In this document: one piece after another, positions 39,419-46,828 of the stretch | Layout of the letters: the number at the start of each line of letters is the position of its first letter | Numbering within the stretch: position 1 is the first letter of the stretch | Origin: Promethearchaeia archaeon | Lineage (GTDB): Archaea > Asgardarchaeota > Lokiarchaeia > Sigyniarchaeales > SOKP01 | Assembly (NCBI GenBank): GCA_029856155.1 | Contig: JAHQWL010000035.1 | Coordinates: 1 to 46,828, forward strand | DNA: 46,828 nt | Reading direction: 5' to 3' | Translations under genes and position numbers: made by a program | Notes under the pieces: model-generated | The model's input: only the letters and a program-made list of their open reading frames with translations | Database searches by the model: none | What the model was told of the DNA's origin: nothing

Positions 39419-39893
39419 GAAAAAAGGAACTGAATCTAAGAGAATTTTATTTTTTTTTCTAATTTTTCTATCAAGTATGATTATGAAATTTAATGAAACA
39501 TCGTTTACAATTTTCATCTTCTTCTAAGCTATAACCTTATATAAAGCTTTTAGGTGTTGTCTTATCAGTTAGCATAGTATAAGCTTATAATGATGTAAAA
39601 AGGATTTTATTATTATACAAAAAATAAGACTTGAATGATTTTATTTCAAGATTTAAAATGTCTAGTAATGATTTATTGTATGATGGAAAAAGAAAAAAAT
39701 TTACTTAATATTAATAGATTAATAAAACTAAATAAGGTTTTTCATACATACTCTTATAACAATATATACAAAATTTTGCAAAAAAAGAATAAAATTATAG
39801 ATTTGATAAATAAAATTTAATAAATAATTCATTATATTTATTAATTAAAAAAATTATTATTAAAAAAGAATATAAAAATAAGAATGTGATTTC

Positions 39894-40313
39894 ATGGATA
39901 TCGTAGATCTGAAAATATTGGAATTATTAAAAGAAAATAGTAGGATGTCATTTAACGACATTTCTCTAAATGTGGGTAAGACCGAAGCCACTATAAGAAG
40001 AAGAGTTAAAAAATTAACAGAAGATGGAATAATAAAAAGATTTACTATAGAATATATTGTTGATAATAAACCTCGTACAAGGGCTACGGTAAAAGTCGAG
40101 CCGGATTTCAAAGAGATTAAACGAATTTTAAAAGAATTATTAGAAATTGAAGAAATTACAGATATCTGGAGACTTTCAGGGGATTGTGGGCTATTTATGA
40201 GAGTAGAAATTCCCTCCATTGAAAATTTCAATCCCTTAATTGAAGAAAAGATTTCTCAGATTAAGGGTGTAAAAATTGTTGAAACCTGCTTTATCACAGA
40301 TGTAATTAAATAG
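39894..40313 (+). CDS. Lrp/AsnC family transcriptional regulator
   Basis: MD.VD.KILELLKENSRMSF..I...VG.TEATIRRRVKKL.EDGIIKRFT, followed by a RAM domain. Confidence 0.93.
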   Translation: MDIVDLKILELLKENSRMSFNDISLNVGKTEATIRRRVKKLTEDGIIKRFTIEYIVDNKPRTRATVKVEPDFKEIKRILKELLEIEEITDIWRLSGDCGLFMRVEIPSIENFNPLIEEKISQIKGVKIVETCFITDVIK

Positions 40314-40402
40314 GTTTTTTTGAAATATTCCTTAATTTTTCTTTTATTAAATATTATTCAGTTGAGTGGCTGAATTAAGATGATTACTTGATATTATTTT
40401 AG

Positions 40403-41791
40403 CTACTTTTCTAAAAGTTTATCAATTATATCCATTCTTTTTTTCGTTTTCTTAAGGTCATGTTGGAGTTTTTTTGAACGCTTAACATACTCATCATCGT
40501 TTAATTTTCCTGATGAGTGTTTTTTATCAATAAATTTCAATAAATTTTGAACTGAACTTAATTTTGTTTTTAAACCTTCCTTTTCATCTTTTAACTCATT
40601 TTTAGATCTATCTTTTATTTTAATATTACGCTTAGGAGGAGGCTTTAATTCAGTTTCATTTTTTTTCAATCTTTCTGGTTTTGGTGGAAGGGCTGTTAAA
40701 GATGGCACTTCTTGAAGAAAAATATCTTCGATCTCTTGCTTACTTATTTCTTCAGAAATATCCGTAAGGATATCTTCAGTTTGTTCATTTAAATTAATCA
40801 TTTGAGAAGATTCAGATACTTGTTTATTTTCTGAATTTTCTAGCTCAAATATTTCATCATCTGAATCTATCGCCTTTTTTATTAATTTATCAACTGTGGA
40901 TTTTATAGTATTAATTTGGTTTTGAAATATTTTTAATAATTCTACCAATTCACTCTTTTTAGAAATCTTCATTGAAAAATCAATATCTATTGATCTTTGA
41001 TTAGTAGGAGTATAAGTCACAGGAATTTCTTGTTCTTCTGATAATTTTTGTGTACTTACAGATGTTTGAGGAATAGGAATGGGAACATCCTCATTTGCTC
41101 TCAATTCCATTCGAAAATCAGAGACAAGCCATTTAAAAATATTTTGTGCTAATTGTGGATTATCATTACATTGAAAACCTCCGCCTATCTTATCTCTAAA
41201 TAATTCATAACTTCCAATACAACAAACCCGTCCCTTTTCGGGTTCTGATACACAGATAAGAGGACATGAAAAGGGTTCAGAGGTATCATTTGAATCTGCA
41301 ATTGAAAACGCACCACTTCCAATAATCGAAAGTGAAGATCCTGATCTATAACATAGGGTACCTATATCCGCAGTAATAGGATGAGGGATATTAAATACAG
41401 AAATTAAAGGTATATTTTCTATTCCTAAGTTAATCCGCTCATCTAATACTTGATCATTTTCAAAAGCAATTCCAAATTGTTCTGATATTTCAGATAAATT
41501 ACTCCCCCGACCTTTGTCTCCGCCTGCGTGAGATAATAATAGTAATCCCCCTCCAGCATTTTTGACCCAATTTACGATAGCATTTATTTCAAAAGAAGAG
41601 ATTCTGGCAAAATCTGGGCATACAAACACAAGAATATCATATGGTGCTAATGATTCCTCTGTGATCGGTACTTCTAAATAATTATAACAAATAAAATCAT
41701 TTGAATTTAAATAATCTCTGAGTTCAGTAAGATTTTCATCAATTCTCCCTCTCGGTTTGTGAGAAATATCAAATGCAATATGATATGGCAT
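40403..41791 (-). CDS. GIFT/IFT52-like (GldG, DUF4350-like) domain protein with acidic linker and C-terminal helical hairpin
   Basis: IAFDISH, L..YDILVFVCP, EI.AI.NWV..GGGLLLL..GGD, SNLSEI..QFGI.F.ND.V, HPIT, KGRV..IGS, DN..L..NIF.WL. Confidence 0.7.
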   Translation of the reverse strand: MPYHIAFDISHKPRGRIDENLTELRDYLNSNDFICYNYLEVPITEESLAPYDILVFVCPDFARISSFEINAIVNWVKNAGGGLLLLSHAGGDKGRGSNLSEISEQFGIAFENDQVLDERINLGIENIPLISVFNIPHPITADIGTLCYRSGSSLSIIGSGAFSIADSNDTSEPFSCPLICVSEPEKGRVCCIGSYELFRDKIGGGFQCNDNPQLAQNIFKWLVSDFRMELRANEDVPIPIPQTSVSTQKLSEEQEIPVTYTPTNQRSIDIDFSMKISKKSELVELLKIFQNQINTIKSTVDKLIKKAIDSDDEIFELENSENKQVSESSQMINLNEQTEDILTDISEEISKQEIEDIFLQEVPSLTALPPKPERLKKNETELKPPPKRNIKIKDRSKNELKDEKEGLKTKLSSVQNLLKFIDKKHSSGKLNDDEYVKRSKKLQHDLKKTKKRMDIIDKLLEK

Positions 41792-41952
41792 AATTGATCA
41801 TTAAAATTGTATTTTTTTTATTTTAAAGTTAATCAATTTCTTGTTATTATTATGTAGTATTTTAATATTTCTATAATTAATATTTAACTATAATATATAG
41901 AAGTTATAACTGTTACTTTTCAAGTTTTAAGGTAAAACTATTTGAATGCAAT

Positions 41953-43050
41953 TTAATAAACACTTTTATCTCCAATTATCAAATTATTCTTACTAATATT
42001 CTCAATCTTTACATAACTCCCAATAATAGAGTTTTGTGATATAATATTATTAAGATGTGTTGTCTCTTCAATAACACTATTTTTTAAAATGCAATTTTCA
42101 ATTTTTGAATTATTACCTATGGAAACATATGGACCAATAACAGAATTTATTATTTTTGTATGTTCTCCTATATAAACAGGATCTTTTATGTATGATCTCT
42201 CAATCGTGATATCCAAAGTGTGAAAATCATTGGAAATTACAGATTTTTGTTGTAATAGATATCTATTTCCCTTTAAAAGTTCAGATGGACGTCCAAAGTC
42301 CAAAATTCCTTGCTTTAATTCAACAGCAGCGATTTTATACCCTTGATCCACTAGATCCTGTAGACTTTCTGTCAAATACACTTCTTTAGAATCAGGGGTT
42401 CTCTGATCCAGATATTTTTTGATATTTCTAAAAAGTGCTAAAGTTGCACTTTTTGAAAATGAATATGGTCCCGCAATCGCTAAATCTGAGACAAAATCTT
42501 TTGGTTTTTCAACAAGTTTTTTAATTAAATTATTGTTATCTACAACTACAACACCATAAGAACTAGCTTCCTCCTTGGGTACTTTCATTACGGTTATTAT
42601 TCCATCTACATCGGATTCCCAATATTTGTAAAGTAGATATGAAAATTCATCAATGGGTATCATATCACTCAGAAAAATAAGAGAGCCCTCTCTTTTATCT
42701 TGTTCTACAGTTTTCATTTTTGATTCTTTGAACCTAGTATGAGCTAAATAGACTGCTTCTCCTAAACCCCAATAATATGGTACGCCTTCTATGTATCCTC
42801 TTGGAATTTGCTCAATAAAAGTTAATTTAAATTTATCGCTATAATGATTTTTGAGATACTCAATTATTCGTTGCTTTTTATAACCCACGATTAATATTAA
42901 CTCTGTATCCGAATCAAATGTATTACTAAATTTAAGAAGTATATGGTCTAAAACAGTTTTACCCGCAACAGTTAAGAACGCCTTTGGCTTACTTAAGGTA
43001 AATGGACGTAATCTTGAACCAATACCAGCAATAGGACCGATTATTTTCAT
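41953..43050 (-). CDS. Sugar-phosphate nucleotidyltransferase with C-terminal left-handed beta-helix
   Basis: AGIGSRLRPFT..KPK, YGVV, VEKP, DFGRP, hexapeptide repeats IGPYVSIG. Confidence 0.92.
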   Translation of the reverse strand: MKIIGPIAGIGSRLRPFTLSKPKAFLTVAGKTVLDHILLKFSNTFDSDTELILIVGYKKQRIIEYLKNHYSDKFKLTFIEQIPRGYIEGVPYYWGLGEAVYLAHTRFKESKMKTVEQDKREGSLIFLSDMIPIDEFSYLLYKYWESDVDGIITVMKVPKEEASSYGVVVVDNNNLIKKLVEKPKDFVSDLAIAGPYSFSKSATLALFRNIKKYLDQRTPDSKEVYLTESLQDLVDQGYKIAAVELKQGILDFGRPSELLKGNRYLLQQKSVISNDFHTLDITIERSYIKDPVYIGEHTKIINSVIGPYVSIGNNSKIENCILKNSVIEETTHLNNIISQNSIIGSYVKIENISKNNLIIGDKSVY

Positions 43051-43072
43051 TTTTATTTAAATTTTGATGAAT

Positions 43073-43849
43073 TTAATAGAATTTAGAGTTATCAGAATCA
43101 AAAATTCTTTGTAAATATCCAAATAACAGTTCTAAACCTTTTTCTTCCTTGGTTGAGCAAGGTATTAATTCTGAAGTTGATCCTAATTGAATAAATACTT
43201 CTGAAATTAACATTGATAATTCTCTAATTAAACCTTTTTCACGTTCATTCGTAGAATCCTCTAGAGCTCGAAAATCTTGGCTCCAATTAACAATCATATC
43301 GATTTGATCTTCATCTAATAGATCTACTTTAGAGAGCACATTTATCTGAGAAATATTTTTAAATCGAAATTGAACAGAGGCAGCAAGTAATAATGTGGAA
43401 ATAAATCCATTTGGTCTAAGTACAAAATTTGAATCAAAAAGAAAGGTAACTGCTCTTTGAATAGAGCCAAAACCTAAAGTACTCGCTATCAATGGTCCCG
43501 TTTCTCTAAAAGCAAAAAGTTCAAGCTGTCCCGCAGTATCTACAAATATCCAATCGGGATTATACTCATCAATTTCGTCCTTTAAATCATCAAGATAATT
43601 CACCATTAAATCAGAGGCTAAAATCATTGCTCCATTTGGTCCTAAACTATATTGGTCCATAACCTCCTCAAGTACAATATAATCTCTTATATCAATATCA
43701 GGTTGGTAAAGCAATACTCTTACACCCGGATCTAAATTTAACGTTATTGCAGAGATTTCTGGATTTCTATTCTCAACATAGTCTTTTATTTCTCCAGTAA
43801 GAGTACTTTTTCCACTTCCTGCTGTACCTATGAAGTAATTCAATAAAAT
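43073..43849 (-). CDS. GPN-loop GTPase (probable ATT start at 43849; TTG at 43843 in ORF track)
   Basis: GTAGSGKST, NLDPG, LGPNG, DTAGQLE, SKVDLL. Confidence 0.92.
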   Translation of the reverse strand: MLLNYFIGTAGSGKSTLTGEIKDYVENRNPEISAITLNLDPGVRVLLYQPDIDIRDYIVLEEVMDQYSLGPNGAMILASDLMVNYLDDLKDEIDEYNPDWIFVDTAGQLELFAFRETGPLIASTLGFGSIQRAVTFLFDSNFVLRPNGFISTLLLAASVQFRFKNISQINVLSKVDLLDEDQIDMIVNWSQDFRALEDSTNEREKGLIRELSMLISEVFIQLGSTSELIPCSTKEEKGLELLFGYLQRIFDSDNSKFY

Positions 43850-43986
43850 TTTAATTAACCTCGATTTAATTGTGTTTTTTGATATGCCAATATTGGTATA
43901 TAGTTAAAGATTTCTCATAAAGTAATAGCTTTTATCTCTTATAGATTTGATAATAAATATAGTTTTTATGACCAAATAAAATTTTA

Positions 43987-44958
43987 TTATTGTTCTGGTG
44001 GTTTCAAATTTTCTAAATGAATTTCTTTATCCTCTTGTTTTTTAAGTCTTCTAATTTGGTTTTTAATAGCTTCTTCTTCTTTTTTCTTTAAGTCTTCATC
44101 ACTAGGTCTCATTGCATTTAATTCTTCTTCAGATAATGGTTTTAGTATACCTTGAATAGTAAATTCTGAATTTTGTTCTACGTTTTCTTTAAAGATTGAT
44201 TTCATCTCTTTAATAACCATTAATTTACTAGAAGATATTTGTCCTTGTATTAAAGCCGACCCTGTTGGAAGTTTAATTCTCTCAATTCCTGGTTCAGATC
44301 CTCTTCTATTTGGAACTGAAGGAATATATTGAATAGTATTATGAGATGTATTTTGAAAAGAAAACGATAAATTCTGTAAGGCTTGCTCTATTCTTTTTAA
44401 TGTCTTATTGCCTTCACTTATTAATAATGCTAGAGAATCCTCTTCGGAAGATTTTTCTATTTTGCTCTTGCGATAAAGTAAAGTTCTTTTTTCTGTATTC
44501 TCATGGATACTAGTTTTTATTTCCTGGAATATTTTCTCCTGAGTGATTTTACCTTTAATTCTTCTTTTTGATTGTAAATCTTCAAATTCAAACCCATTAT
44601 AACAATCATCATTAACCCAAATATCAGAGATTTTGAAACTTTCTTCAAAATAGTATTGAAATCTTTGACCAGAAAATAGAAAAATTGATAATCTTAGAAT
44701 TTTAATATGTAATCCTTCAGTATTTTTCAATTCATCTAGTTCGATCGAAAATGATAAAGTTTCAGATGAGTGATATAATCTTTTAATGGCAATTAGATAT
44801 GGTGGTTGATTATGATGAAGCTCTTGTTTTGAAATTTCAAATTGCATTGTTAATCGTTTTATTTTTTCAGGAAGAAATAAGAGTTGTTCTTCTTCATTTT
44901 TTTTAAATTCTAAAAATAATTTATTACGATCGTCCCAAAAAACTTGGAACAATTCCAT
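43987..44958 (-). CDS. Hypothetical protein
   Basis: 323-aa ORF: beta-rich N-terminus, coiled segment, charged tail; no family recognised. Confidence 0.7.
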   Translation of the reverse strand: MELFQVFWDDRNKLFLEFKKNEEEQLLFLPEKIKRLTMQFEISKQELHHNQPPYLIAIKRLYHSSETLSFSIELDELKNTEGLHIKILRLSIFLFSGQRFQYYFEESFKISDIWVNDDCYNGFEFEDLQSKRRIKGKITQEKIFQEIKTSIHENTEKRTLLYRKSKIEKSSEEDSLALLISEGNKTLKRIEQALQNLSFSFQNTSHNTIQYIPSVPNRRGSEPGIERIKLPTGSALIQGQISSSKLMVIKEMKSIFKENVEQNSEFTIQGILKPLSEEELNAMRPSDEDLKKKEEEAIKNQIRRLKKQEDKEIHLENLKPPEQ

Positions 44959-45113
44959 TTTGATTTTATACCTTTAAGTGTGTGATTTGTAATTACAATT
45001 TGAAATATCTACAAATTAAATTCAATCTTTAATTTAAAATATGGCGAGTTAATCAATTTAATGATTTATCTCGACAAAGTGATAAAAAAAAGTGTACTAA
45101 ATTGGATATATCG

Positions 45114-45500
45114 CTAAATAGATTCTTTTAATTTTGATAAATAATATATTGGCCTTTTCAATTTCCTATTAAAATAGTCTATCTCCTCTCTTGTGTGGTC
45201 TCCAATATAACCATTAACATCTAGGACCAAAATAGCTTCTTGAAATTGTAATTTAGTTAAAGCAATTTCTTGTAGGATATCCCATTCCTTTGTAGAAAAC
45301 TCCTTTTTGTTTAAAAGACCATCGATAGAACAGATAGAAACTAACTTATTATATACTATTTGTAAAATTGATTCGATTTTTATGAAATAATCTTTAAATC
45401 TTGCAGATCCTATTAAATAGATTTTATTTTCTTTAATACGTGAAAAATCATATTCCTTGAACTCATCCAAGAACTTCTTATTTAATCGATCTTTTTCCAT
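45114..45500 (-). CDS. Nucleoside 2-deoxyribosyltransferase-like fold protein
   Basis: IYLIGSARFK...EAILVLDVNGYIGDHTREEIDY...RPIYYL; ATG at 45500. Confidence 0.55.
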   Translation of the reverse strand: MEKDRLNKKFLDEFKEYDFSRIKENKIYLIGSARFKDYFIKIESILQIVYNKLVSICSIDGLLNKKEFSTKEWDILQEIALTKLQFQEAILVLDVNGYIGDHTREEIDYFNRKLKRPIYYLSKLKESI

Positions 45501-45536
45501 AATATATAGTAATTTCAATAGTTATTTAATTTTCAC

Positions 45537-46340
45537 ATGAAATTAAACGCAGTTTATCTAGCAGAAAATCTAGAATTTTTAAAGAATATCCCTAACGAGT
45601 TTATTGATTTAATTTATATAGATCCACCTTTTTTTAGTGGGGTGGATTATAAGGAATTTTCTGATTTATGGCATTCCCTAGATGAGTATTTAGATTTTAT
45701 GATGGAAAGATTAATAGAGATCTATCGAGTTATTAAGCCCTCTGGAAGTTTTTACTGTCATTGTGACCCCAATGCAGTATTCGATTTAAAACCTTTATGT
45801 GATACTATTTTTGGGAAAAAAAGTTTTCGAAGAGAAATCATATGGAATGTAGGGAGTGTTTCTGGATTTAAAAGCCAGGTGAAAGGATGGGTACGACAAC
45901 ATGATACGATTCTCTATTACACGAAATCTGATGTTTTTACTTTTAATAAACAATACCTCCCATATAAAGATGAATACATCAAAAAAATGTTCCGGTACAA
46001 AGATGAAAACGGGCGTCTCTATAGAAAAAGACGAGGAGGAAAACAATATTTAGATGAAAAACCAGGTAATGCTTTAGGTGATGTCTGGAATGATATATAC
46101 TCTTTTCAAACATCTACAAGATCAAAAGAATATCTTGGGTATCCTACTCAGAAACCAGAAAAATTATTAGAACGTATCATTTTAGCCTCATCCAATGAAG
46201 GAGATCTTGTAGCAGACTTTTTTTGTGGAACGGGTACAACCTTAGCAGTAGCAAATAAATTAAATAGAAATTGGATTGGAGTAGATAACAATCCAAAAGC
46301 AATAGATTTATGTAGAAAAAGGTTAAATAAAACTGATTAG
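45537..46340 (+). CDS. Site-specific DNA methyltransferase (N6-A/N4-C, beta class)
   Basis: Motif IV IYIDPPF precedes YPTQKPEKLLERII and motif I DFFCGTGTT. Confidence 0.92.
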   Translation: MKLNAVYLAENLEFLKNIPNEFIDLIYIDPPFFSGVDYKEFSDLWHSLDEYLDFMMERLIEIYRVIKPSGSFYCHCDPNAVFDLKPLCDTIFGKKSFRREIIWNVGSVSGFKSQVKGWVRQHDTILYYTKSDVFTFNKQYLPYKDEYIKKMFRYKDENGRLYRKRRGGKQYLDEKPGNALGDVWNDIYSFQTSTRSKEYLGYPTQKPEKLLERIILASSNEGDLVADFFCGTGTTLAVANKLNRNWIGVDNNPKAIDLCRKRLNKTD

Positions 46341-46350
46341 AACTTTCAGG

Positions 46351-46728
46351 TTAATCTCTTTGGATTATTATTTTACTTAATCCAATCCACTTTCTTGCTT
46401 CCTCAAGATTGTTTACTATTTTTCTTTTTGGAGAATCTGCTCTATCCAGTAAAATTTGAGCTTCCTTATCTAAAACGGGATTCCCAGCAACGATGTAAGC
46501 AGATCTTACTAGCCTGTTATTATTCTTTTTAAGGAAATCCAAAATTATTTCAAATGATTTAAGATTAAGCATTATTAAATCTAATCCATCAACTATAAAA
46601 GAGAAATTATTTAACCCTTTTGTAATTTCATTAAATTCAGCGATAAATCGCTCAGCTACAGAGGGGGGAAAAGTGCCTAATACTTTAAGATAAAAATGGA
46701 ATTCTCCAATTTTTTCGATTCGAAACAT
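46351..46728 (-). CDS. Small STAS/SpoIIAA-like alpha/beta protein
   Basis: FSFIVD...AYIV...'NLEEARKWI' ending typical of SpoIIAA-like proteins. Confidence 0.5.
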   Translation of the reverse strand: MFRIEKIGEFHFYLKVLGTFPPSVAERFIAEFNEITKGLNNFSFIVDGLDLIMLNLKSFEIILDFLKKNNNRLVRSAYIVAGNPVLDKEAQILLDRADSPKRKIVNNLEEARKWIGLSKIIIQRD

Positions 46729-46828
46729 CTTAATATCTTCTGTATTCTATTTAGATTCAATATTTAATATAAATTCCATATTAACTTTTAATATTTTACT
46801 GTTTTTATTCTCGCTCTTAGGCTTATAT

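Noticed and set aside
39635-39820. 61-aa ORF upstream of the Lrp gene
   Set aside because: Extremely AT-rich, low-complexity I/K/N/L sequence with no SD; probably the Lrp promoter region.

Overview
AT-rich archaeal chromosomal segment, almost certainly from an Asgard archaeon (Lokiarchaeia/Promethearchaeota-like). The assignment rests on a Rab-like and a longin-Arf-like GTPase, a roadblock protein, eukaryote-type E1 and E2 enzymes, a Loki-CTERM-like sorting tail, TrmB/Lrp regulators and an intron-containing tRNA. About 36 CDS and one tRNA-Tyr(GTA) with two BHB introns were found; no rRNA, CRISPR array or intact mobile element was seen. Main leads: (1) a dikinase-type phosphotransferase split into stand-alone ATP-grasp and His-swivel genes, facing an orphan 385-aa protein and a cyclase-fold protein, which may be a new small-molecule kinase system; (2) a UBA3/UBA2-like E1 with extra features, lying directly behind a 2127-aa protein of about 18 MIT/TPR-like repeats and near an E2 with a Cdc34-like insert; (3) probable ATT initiation that hides a longin N-terminus; (4) a CD36-topology repeat protein and an IFT52-like protein; (5) an intergenic nested inverted-repeat structure. 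All family assignments come from motif recognition by eye, not from database searches.
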